A stretch of DNA of 63,401 bases, counting the filler, from Chlamydiia bacterium (GTDB lineage: Bacteria > Chlamydiota > Chlamydiia > Chlamydiales > FEN-1388): NCBI GenBank assembly GCA_903848235.1. It is 3 parts of 3 records of this genome, joined end to end, with 100 filler letters (N's around TTAATTAATTAA, not from the genome) between each part and the next. Parts side by side here need not be neighbours in the genome. Positions count along the whole stretch, not along the records: positions 1 to 26,407 come from CAINFV010000179.1; 2 more parts are not named here. One strand, 5' to 3'. Positions 9,000 through 17,833 of the stretch are shown here, piece after piece. A program made the translations under genes and the position numbers. Below the pieces are notes generated by a model that ran no database searches, was not told the origin of the DNA, and worked only from the letters and a program-made list of their open reading frames with translations. Positions within the stretch are counted from its first letter, which is position 1. Each line of letters opens with the position of its first letter.

Positions 9000-11900
9000 T
9001 CAAAGAGCCTGGACCTCACGTTTCCGCTCCTCTATCAGCCGACTCCCCACAAAATCCACATAATCGGCTTTTGATTTCTCCACCGATCCTTTCAGCCTCA
9101 GAAAGCCTGCTTTTGCTCTCGCATCCTTTCCAGACAGGACATTTCCTTCCGATAACTTTACCCCCCCTACTGTTGAAACATAGGCTTTACACGTTTGACC
9201 CCGTGCGTCCTTTTGATCGATCAAGGAAGGATGCTCTGCGATAAGCAATATAATGATTTCTTCGATTTTCTTTTTTTCTTCTTGTGTCGTACAAGCAGCA
9301 AGCTGGTCAACAGCAAAATGAAGCAGGGGTTTGCCATCATCAGTTCGTAGGCTCGGATCGTCCCAATCAGGTATAACATTCTCATATCTTCTGGTGGGAT
9401 CACACAAGACGTGAAATAACGTAGTGTTTCCTGCCTGAATGGCGACATGAATTGGAGTCAATCCATGGACGTTCTTTGCCAGAAGTTTTTTTCCAGTTGT
9501 TGGGTTTATACATTCATTGAAATATTTAAAATCCTGCTCCTTAGCGATTGTATGCCAAGGATTATTTCCCTCTTCGTCATCTTCTAGTTGAAGCGCCGAT
9601 GAAATTTCTTTGGGTAATTCATGAAGCGGCGATGTCGATGCCAGAGTAATTTCTTTTTTCAACGCTTCAAGCGCATCAGTAGTAGTAGCATCTCGACATC
9701 TACCTCGAATTTCTTCTAGTCGCGCCTCCAGAACACCTTGTTGCTCGCCGACATAAAAGGCAACCTGATCTACACAAGTCGCATAGTATTCAATTTCTGG
9801 GGGAATAGATACGCCTTGTGCTCGAAGCTCGCCGAGCCGAGCACCAAAAGTTTTTCCTTCTTTATCTTTTTGCTCAAATACTTCCGGATGCGTGGAAGCA
9901 ACAAAATACATCATGAGAGCAATTTGTTTTCTTCGCTCTTGGATATCTGGTTTGTCGGAAGCAGGCGCTCGCTCTTGTTTGTCGAGATCCTGTAAAAGCT
10001 CGAGAACGGGATCGAGGAGATGGGCCATCTGAGGAACCAAGCTTAAATCTACCGGTAATTCATCTGATTTTGGTATTGAAGCAAACAATTTAGCCATGAC
10101 AGGCATATTGACTGTTTTCATAGCAATTTGAACCGGCGTAAGGCCTTCTGCATTAGGCATGCACCAAGGATTTATGCCTTCGGGTGGTTGGAGTGTTTCT
10201 AACTCTTTCAACCACAAATCTAATGCCGGTCCTTGCAGCGACGCCCCCTTCCTCGCCAACACATGCCATGGGCTGTCTCCTGCGGCGTTGACAAACTCAG
10301 CAAATCGTAGATCTTTTTTCCCAGACAATTTCAAACCCATTTCAGGGAGCAAATCCAATTTATCTTTCTGAATAGCGACCAGAAATGCATTATTTCCTTG
10401 TGTATCCCTAAGTAAAAGCTGTTCAGGAGTCGCTCGTTCAATCATCTTCTTGGCCATAGATGATGATTCACCAGCTACCGCATGATGAAGAGGTGTCTTG
10501 CCATCTTTGTCCTGAACCCCTACATCTCCTCCCAGTTCAATAAGAGCATCCAAAGCTTCCTGATTTTGAGACTTTAATACCTTTAATACATCGTGCAATG
10601 GCGTCCTTCCATCATTATCAACAGCATCAATCTTAGCCCCCGCAGCGATAAGGGCCTTGACTAACGCCGCGCTGCCAGCCCTCGCAGCATAGTGAAGAGC
10701 TGTCTTGCCATCCTTATCAACAGCACAAACATCAGCCTTATATTCGATAAGGAGCGCGACAGCCACTTCATCACCTTTTTCTGCTGCGTGATGTAGGGGA
10801 GTCTTTCCTTGGTTATCAGCGTGGATACGGTAGTCATCTAACTGACACAGCTTCGTTACAGCTTTTTCTTGGTCAGCAGCTATGGCATAATCCAGAGGCG
10901 TCTCCCCAGCCCTATCGACAGGAATGGCAACATTCTGCTTGGTTCTTAATAGAGCTCTAAGTAATAATATCGCCCCTTTTTCTGCAGCATAGTGCAGCAA
11001 AGACACTCCGCTAGCATCAACAGGAATGCAATCATTTTCAGAAAATTGAACCCTCATCTGATCTAATTCTTCTCCGCTGAGGTCCTTCCACGACTTTTCT
11101 TTGAGCGCTATTTTCTTCTGTTGAATATCCTGTAGCGTTTTCGCAAACAATCTGTTTACACTTTTTTCAGCAAGGAATTTGCCTATAGTAGAATCTCTTC
11201 GTCCCTTTGCTCTTGCTACAGCTCTACGTTGAGCATAGTGTGCGTGAGCTTCGACCTCTTCAAGCTGCTCCAAACTCATATCTTGGCTCCTCAGCCGAGC
11301 ACCAATCACCTCAATCGTCCTCACCACCCTCCCTGTCGTTGCGCCTTTCAGGTCAACGCTCCATGTACGAGCTCTAGGCAGAGAACACTGCGCATGTGCT
11401 AAAAGGCTGGGGCTTCCTTCATCAAAAACACTACTTCCATCTCCACAACTTCCGACAGCACCATCAAGCGATGTCACATGCTCAGTTCGAAGATTTCGGC
11501 CAAAGGAATCACCGTTGTTGTGATCAACCTTGGCAATCCCTTGTGGGAATCTTTCTGCTAATTCGTCACCGAGCAAGAACTTCCCATTTTCATCATATAC
11601 CTCTTTCATTGGCCGAACATCTCTCCCAGGGAAAACATTCTCATAGAGGCCAAGGAGGAGGGGCTCATCTCCGAAAGTATTTGGAACAACATATCGAAGA
11701 TTTGGCAATCGATCTTGTCCTATATATCGAAATGCCAAACATTGGAGACGATTCATCAGCGGAGCACTGAATTGTTGAGCAAAAATAGCGGGCGGCATAA
11801 TGGTGTATATATACGGTTTATGTCCTGCTTCTAGTATAGCAAACTCGTTTCGAAGCTGATGAAGATATGTCGTAAAAAAGAGCTCTAGCGAGATGACTTT

Positions 11901-14900
11901 GCCATTTACCTCTACATACTTATCTTTCAGAAGGCCGGGGATTGTATCAGGGTTGGGGTCTGAAATTGCTGCTTCGAGCATTTCTTTCGCCTTACTTTCA
12001 TTCAATATCCCCTTGGCGGTTGCTTCGGATTTGGCAGGTCTTACCCCACCAGGATACAGATGGAAGATGAGGTGTTTGAGTAACTTTTTATCATAATCTT
12101 CTCTTTCCTTGGCCATCCAGCCAGCTCGCTCTTCTCTGGACGGAACATCAAAGTCATCACGCAAAGGCTCTCCCACAATCTCTTCATCCGTCAGTGCAGC
12201 TAGCTCCAAGAAGACGTTCGCTAGCTCACAATCTGGATGAACCTGGCAGCTTAATAAAATCTCACGAACCTTCCCTGGATCAAGTTTACCGATAGCTTTA
12301 GCATGAAACACATCCGCCCCCATCTTTACCTTCGCCACTCCACAAACGAAATGACGAAAAAGGGACTCCATGTTTGAAATATCTGTTGCTGGCGTTTTTC
12401 CTTCGACCTCCTGGTATTTCACACCCATGGCACTATCGCCTTGGTCCCTAAACAAGTGGACCATCATCGCCTTAGGGACAAGAGAGCTGTAGGTAAATGT
12501 AGGGTTACCAGGTTCACTCGCCTGTGGATGTTTCAAGGCCCATGCACGATCGAACGCTCCTTCACACCCCGGTACTTCTTGAACCTGAGTAGAGTCTGGA
12601 AATAGGGTGTCTTTAACTGTAACAACTGGAAGCTCTTGTAATTCTTTGGACGACATCGGAATGCGATGGGACATCCCAGTTGATTCTGTTCGCCATGTGC
12701 TGTCTGCATCTCGAATTTGCAATTGCCGTTGAAGCCATGAAATGTCACTACCCTGCACCGCTTTTGCACTTTCTTCAGTCTTAAAACCAGGAGGCCGGTG
12801 CTCCATGACCAGCGATTCCGCATACAGTTGCTTCCTTCGAAAACGAGAGGTTTTTCCCAAACTCATTTCTATTGCAAGATCGACATCTTCTTGAGGAATC
12901 TCGTTGAAAAACTGACTGACTTCAAGGAATTCGGCATCAGTAAATTTTTCTGCTGGAGTACGCGTCTGATTGATATAATCAAAAATACATTCGCTGGGGA
13001 CACCAAGAGAAGCTCTGTAGCGAACAAGAACTGCCACGTCATGCAGTGTGACATCAGGTGACTGCCTCAGAACTTTTGAGATCGACCCTCGATCGACCTC
13101 AGTTATATCCGGAGGCAATTTCTCCATCTGGAATTTAATAATGATATCTGGCCTATGAAAAGGAATGAGAGAGAATAAGATGTTCCTTTTTTGAGCGACA
13201 ACAGCCCTCAAAGCAGCAAAAAGCCCATCTGCCAGTTTCTGATCTTTTTCTGGAATTAAAAGATTCTGCCTCTGTTCAAGAAAAACGGTAACATCACGTA
13301 ATGTAACAGCAGAATCCCAACTTAGCACTCTCAAGATCGGATCTCTAATCTCCGGCAGGCCGGCAGGGCACCATTCTTCACAGTCGGCGGGAAATTTATT
13401 TCCTCTGGAAAATATTTTAAGAGAGGAACAGACACCTATTTCTCCGGTGTGAATCTTCAGCAAAAAGGTGTCTACAAATCCACGGATTTGACTCGCCTGA
13501 AGCTTATCCTCTTCTCGTGAGGATCGATCCAATGTGTCAGCCCGATCGGCTAATGCTCTGGCTACATCAGACGCCGGCCCAATACCTCTACCATTTTGTA
13601 ATCGATGAGCGTCAAAATCTCGTGCTGCGCAAAGGCACATTAGTTCTGTGGCTAGCGCCCTCTTTCGCTCAAGTGGACCGTTGTTTGCACAAAACGCGAT
13701 CAATGGCGAATTTTCTGCTGTTAAAATATTTACAAGTCGATCTTCTCTGGTTATGCCATCAAATGCAATCATTGCATCTAAAACGGCCTCTACATTCCCT
13801 GTAATTTCACGTTTTAATACAGAACAAATCTCGGGTGACAAAAGCTTCTCAATTTTATTGAAGATCAACACTTTTCGGTTGAAGATCAGCGCCTTCATCT
13901 CTAGGCTTTCAAGCCCTTGTACATTAAATTTTGTCAGAACTTGACCTGCAAAGGTAATAATAGCACTCGTAACGTTGCCACTCTCATCAACTGTGCGACG
14001 GAACGAGGAGTCGGTCAAGATAGTTCCTAACGCGGGACTATTGACAATGCCTTCTAACACCAACTGAAGGGCCAGAATTTCTTCAATTTTTTGCTCCTCA
14101 ATATTCACTGATGAAAATAACGCGCTAATCCCACCCCAAATTTTGGACAATAAAGCTTTCTTTGTCTCCGGAGATAGATAAGGACTTTTATGTACATCAT
14201 CGGCGATCTGCCTAAGAACAGAAATTTTTTTTTCCCTCCCCTGCGGGGTAGGATCTGGAAGAACTGTACTTAGCCATGTTACTATCCTAGTTGTTGCGGC
14301 TACGAAACTCTGCTCGACCTGTGGAAAATCTGCCTTCAAACTTCCTTCACTCCACTCCCCTTTCTTACCAATATTTTCCAAGGAAGAAAGTACAGAGCAG
14401 ATATTACGAGCAGTTTGAACCAATGAAATTTGTCGGGTCAGGAGAGAAATTTTTTCTTTCACCACCTTTTCCGCCGATTCTTCCTCCACCTTTTCCGCCG
14501 ATATTGACTCTCCCAACCGTTCAAATTTTTCCTGATTCAGTTTAAAGGCTCTCTCATGCAACGTTCTCAATGCTTGGGCCTTTTTACCTGCATCAACATC
14601 CGGTCTTTCCTTCATACACTCACAAACATCACCAAGCGACGTCACTTGGGCTTCCGTAGCGTTACCTGCCAACTTTTGGATGCGTGCCAAGATAAATGAA
14701 GCGGGTAAAAATGAAAGTATTATCGGATTGTTTTCGCAGATTTCTTTATCAACATAAGTAGTCGGTGGTTTTTGTAAAAATTCGGATATCGTCCGACGAC
14801 TGATATCCAAACTCGCCCCTCCTACGGCCGCCTTTAGATAGTCGATAATCAGTGGAGGTGGGATATTGAGGCTGTCGTAATATGAGACAAGAACAGCCAC

Positions 14901-17606
14901 ATCATCAACCGTGGCGTCCGGTCTTCTAGTGAGAACTTTCTTGATGGACGATAATTCATCGTCTGTAAACTTACTTCTTATGTCTTCAATAAAATTATCG
15001 AATATCGAAGAATTGGCTTCCGTAATCACACCTAAATCTTGCCAAGAGGCTCCCACTTCCAAAGCGACAAGACTACCTTCGTGTGACATCATCCCTTGAG
15101 CCATAAAGTGAGGCAGAGAGCCCTCAACTGCCAACCTCAGGAAAGTTGAAACCCCATCCAATAATGCTGTCGCCAGTGCTCTCTTGCCAGACAGGGTCGA
15201 TCCGTTAAATTTCGAGCGCAACTTCTGAGAAACGGCTCGAGCTTCGACATAATTTGTTGCAGATGAGAGATCGAGCAAAACTCTCGCTCTTTCCATTTTT
15301 TCAGCTAATGGCGATGTAGAGCAAAGACTGCTCAGCGCAGATTCTTCAGACAGCATTTTTTTAATGGTTTCCCGATCTCCTGCCTCATCGACAACGTCTG
15401 AACCCACCCGACCTAATAGTTTTTTCACTTCCTCTGACAAAGATGGGTCAATCTTGTCTTTGCGATCAGGACACAGTGAATTGAGAATGGACACCTCTCG
15501 GCTTAACGTCTCAACCCTATCGACTAGCTTTTGATGAGGCTGAGCAAGCAATGCGTTCTTAACCGACACCCCCTGCGTCGATAGAGCGGTTCGAAACTCA
15601 ACTGTATCTAACCTTGGCTTCAACAACTCTTCTTCGCATTTGGCAATAGTCTCTAAGACTTTGTGCGTCTCACATAATTCCGCAGTCGTCATCGTTCCAT
15701 ATTCAAGACTCGTAAACAAAATCCGAATAGTGTTTCGAATTCCATTTAATATAAATGTCTTAGTGCCTGGAGCCAACGATGGATTCATTTGAACAGCAGA
15801 CGCCATGTCCTTGAGTTCTGCGATTTTCTCTGCCAATGTCCACGATCCCCCATCACGAAGAAGCTTCCTCCTGCCCTTGACTACTTCTAAAGCCTTGTTA
15901 TCAAATCTGTCCTTCGTCAATTGAAATTTGTCCTTTAGCCCTGCATCACGCCGAATGATACCTATCAACAGTGGATCTTTTTCAATCTCCGCGATCGCCT
16001 TACCCACCTCTTCGATGTCCTTACATGTCGCAATACGATCAACCACTGTGTCCAGCCGACCCAGAACAGTACCTACCGCATTTTTTGTCTTCTCCCCTGT
16101 GAACCGATCAAAAATCCCAGGAGCAGGAACTACTCCTTTCGCTCGCTCGAATTCAGTTTTTGCTAAGCTCATCCTTTGTGCATGAATAGCCTTTTCAGCT
16201 ACTTCTAGATCTAGCCGATTTTTTCCCTCCAAATCAACTCTCTCTTTCAAGCATTGACATACAAGAAGTAAAATCTTTGTCTCAACCTCATCAGCTTGTT
16301 GAGCGCACGACTGAATTTCAAGAATAACCCCTGGAAAATCTCGTGCATCCCTTGGATTTGCAAGACTTAAAACACAGTGCAACTCTGGTAAGGAGATCGC
16401 TTTTGCTGTCAGCCTGGCCATGTCCGAAGGTTGCGCTCCTTCTACAATCGCCTTAAAACTTTTTTCCGGAGCGCACGTCGCTAAGACAACCAAAAAACAG
16501 TCATTTTTTCTGAGTTTCCCAAGCAATTGACCAAAATGCTGGTGCAATGCTTCGTTTGATCGTATATGCGATTGTATTTTCTCATCTTGCAGGAGGACGA
16601 ATCGAGCGACTAATTGGTTCGACAACTCCAGGTCTTGGGCCCCAATATCAGCTAATTCATCCAATGAACTTAAAACTGCTTCTATCTTAGAAGGCATTTC
16701 ACTCAAACGTGCTCGCTCCAAGGCCTTCATTTCTTGATCCAGACCCTTAACTCTTTCCGAAAAAGGACCTTGAGCAGCCCGTTGATACGTCTGGGGAGAA
16801 CATGTCTTCCACGCCTGTAAAAATGTCACTTTTTTGGTGAGCAAAACGTTCTTAAACAACGCTGCGCGCTGTTCATCCGTCAGATCTTCAAGTATTTGTT
16901 TCGCATTTTCCGCCAACTTCTCACCGACTTGAGAAAGCGTATGCGTCGAAAAAAAGATAGCTAAGTCTTCCGCAAGACGAGCTCTATCCACGGGTCGTAA
17001 TTTTATAAAATCTTCAGGCTCCAAATGTTTTCCCGACTGTATTTTCATCATACAAACAATGTATGCATGGCACTGGATTGGCTCGGGTTCACATTTCTGG
17101 ATGATGTCGTTTAATATTTGCTTTTCTTGGTGAGTAAGAGTCCTTTTAGAACTCAATATACCTTGTGCTTTCCCCTTTTTTTGGGCCAAAACATCAAGAT
17201 CTTCTTGCGAAAAAATCCGTGACACCCCCCCCTCTCCTGGCACAAACATTTCATTTACAGTTTCCTGCAGCTCTAAAATGTCGGCCCCAACTTTCCTACG
17301 GAATAGGCGAGATAAGAGCGATTGTCCGTGAACAGAAGACCGTTTATCTCTCTTCGCTTCTTCAACGACCTTGGAGGGCGACAATCCTCCCCCTTCCTCA
17401 GCATGAGGCATCCCTAGGATCGTTTTCCTCTGAACAGGTACTTCCTTTTGCTCACCCACGCCCGTTGTGGAAAATCCAGCCACCTCCACAACACGTTCTA
17501 TTCCCTTATCAACCCGCGAAAGAGGACCACCTTCCAAAGGGGGTTTTAGCACCGGAGATTCCTCAGGCCCTCTTACACCACCAGCTCCTGACCCAAACTC
17601 TGTCAT
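9000..17606 (-). CDS. Giant (~2868 aa) ankyrin-repeat effector-like protein
   Basis: Uninterrupted ORF; GAGGTG RBS before ATG 17606; C-terminal ankyrin motifs GKTPLHHAA, GKTALHYAA, GRTPLH. Confidence 0.85.
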   Translation of the reverse strand: MTEFGSGAGGVRGPEESPVLKPPLEGGPLSRVDKGIERVVEVAGFSTTGVGEQKEVPVQRKTILGMPHAEEGGGLSPSKVVEEAKRDKRSSVHGQSLLSRLFRRKVGADILELQETVNEMFVPGEGGVSRIFSQEDLDVLAQKKGKAQGILSSKRTLTHQEKQILNDIIQKCEPEPIQCHAYIVCMMKIQSGKHLEPEDFIKLRPVDRARLAEDLAIFFSTHTLSQVGEKLAENAKQILEDLTDEQRAALFKNVLLTKKVTFLQAWKTCSPQTYQRAAQGPFSERVKGLDQEMKALERARLSEMPSKIEAVLSSLDELADIGAQDLELSNQLVARFVLLQDEKIQSHIRSNEALHQHFGQLLGKLRKNDCFLVVLATCAPEKSFKAIVEGAQPSDMARLTAKAISLPELHCVLSLANPRDARDFPGVILEIQSCAQQADEVETKILLLVCQCLKERVDLEGKNRLDLEVAEKAIHAQRMSLAKTEFERAKGVVPAPGIFDRFTGEKTKNAVGTVLGRLDTVVDRIATCKDIEEVGKAIAEIEKDPLLIGIIRRDAGLKDKFQLTKDRFDNKALEVVKGRRKLLRDGGSWTLAEKIAELKDMASAVQMNPSLAPGTKTFILNGIRNTIRILFTSLEYGTMTTAELCETHKVLETIAKCEEELLKPRLDTVEFRTALSTQGVSVKNALLAQPHQKLVDRVETLSREVSILNSLCPDRKDKIDPSLSEEVKKLLGRVGSDVVDEAGDRETIKKMLSEESALSSLCSTSPLAEKMERARVLLDLSSATNYVEARAVSQKLRSKFNGSTLSGKRALATALLDGVSTFLRLAVEGSLPHFMAQGMMSHEGSLVALEVGASWQDLGVITEANSSIFDNFIEDIRSKFTDDELSSIKKVLTRRPDATVDDVAVLVSYYDSLNIPPPLIIDYLKAAVGGASLDISRRTISEFLQKPPTTYVDKEICENNPIILSFLPASFILARIQKLAGNATEAQVTSLGDVCECMKERPDVDAGKKAQALRTLHERAFKLNQEKFERLGESISAEKVEEESAEKVVKEKISLLTRQISLVQTARNICSVLSSLENIGKKGEWSEGSLKADFPQVEQSFVAATTRIVTWLSTVLPDPTPQGREKKISVLRQIADDVHKSPYLSPETKKALLSKIWGGISALFSSVNIEEQKIEEILALQLVLEGIVNSPALGTILTDSSFRRTVDESGNVTSAIITFAGQVLTKFNVQGLESLEMKALIFNRKVLIFNKIEKLLSPEICSVLKREITGNVEAVLDAMIAFDGITREDRLVNILTAENSPLIAFCANNGPLERKRALATELMCLCAARDFDAHRLQNGRGIGPASDVARALADRADTLDRSSREEDKLQASQIRGFVDTFLLKIHTGEIGVCSSLKIFSRGNKFPADCEEWCPAGLPEIRDPILRVLSWDSAVTLRDVTVFLEQRQNLLIPEKDQKLADGLFAALRAVVAQKRNILFSLIPFHRPDIIIKFQMEKLPPDITEVDRGSISKVLRQSPDVTLHDVAVLVRYRASLGVPSECIFDYINQTRTPAEKFTDAEFLEVSQFFNEIPQEDVDLAIEMSLGKTSRFRRKQLYAESLVMEHRPPGFKTEESAKAVQGSDISWLQRQLQIRDADSTWRTESTGMSHRIPMSSKELQELPVVTVKDTLFPDSTQVQEVPGCEGAFDRAWALKHPQASEPGNPTFTYSSLVPKAMMVHLFRDQGDSAMGVKYQEVEGKTPATDISNMESLFRHFVCGVAKVKMGADVFHAKAIGKLDPGKVREILLSCQVHPDCELANVFLELAALTDEEIVGEPLRDDFDVPSREERAGWMAKEREDYDKKLLKHLIFHLYPGGVRPAKSEATAKGILNESKAKEMLEAAISDPNPDTIPGLLKDKYVEVNGKVISLELFFTTYLHQLRNEFAILEAGHKPYIYTIMPPAIFAQQFSAPLMNRLQCLAFRYIGQDRLPNLRYVVPNTFGDEPLLLGLYENVFPGRDVRPMKEVYDENGKFLLGDELAERFPQGIAKVDHNNGDSFGRNLRTEHVTSLDGAVGSCGDGSSVFDEGSPSLLAHAQCSLPRARTWSVDLKGATTGRVVRTIEVIGARLRSQDMSLEQLEEVEAHAHYAQRRAVARAKGRRDSTIGKFLAEKSVNRLFAKTLQDIQQKKIALKEKSWKDLSGEELDQMRVQFSENDCIPVDASGVSLLHYAAEKGAILLLRALLRTKQNVAIPVDRAGETPLDYAIAADQEKAVTKLCQLDDYRIHADNQGKTPLHHAAEKGDEVAVALLIEYKADVCAVDKDGKTALHYAARAGSAALVKALIAAGAKIDAVDNDGRTPLHDVLKVLKSQNQEALDALIELGGDVGVQDKDGKTPLHHAVAGESSSMAKKMIERATPEQLLLRDTQGNNAFLVAIQKDKLDLLPEMGLKLSGKKDLRFAEFVNAAGDSPWHVLARKGASLQGPALDLWLKELETLQPPEGINPWCMPNAEGLTPVQIAMKTVNMPVMAKLFASIPKSDELPVDLSLVPQMAHLLDPVLELLQDLDKQERAPASDKPDIQERRKQIALMMYFVASTHPEVFEQKDKEGKTFGARLGELRAQGVSIPPEIEYYATCVDQVAFYVGEQQGVLEARLEEIRGRCRDATTTDALEALKKEITLASTSPLHELPKEISSALQLEDDEEGNNPWHTIAKEQDFKYFNECINPTTGKKLLAKNVHGLTPIHVAIQAGNTTLFHVLCDPTRRYENVIPDWDDPSLRTDDGKPLLHFAVDQLAACTTQEEKKKIEEIIILLIAEHPSLIDQKDARGQTCKAYVSTVGGVKLSEGNVLSGKDARAKAGFLRLKGSVEKSKADYVDFVGSRLIEERKREVQAL

Positions 17607-17833
17607 AAAAAACACCTCACCTCAACTGTTCGGCTTGCAAGTACGATCCATCTCCCGCGAAGAGCCAAGACAAAAAATGAAAATCCTCTGTTCTCTCATA
17701 TATAATTCAATTGAATTCGACTCCATCTAAATAGCTATTAATGAGACAACTCCAATCCCTCTCCTCGTCACAAATCCCCAAAATCCCGTACCCTATTCCC
17801 TTCACCCATCCCTTTGCTGGAGAAGATAAGCCC

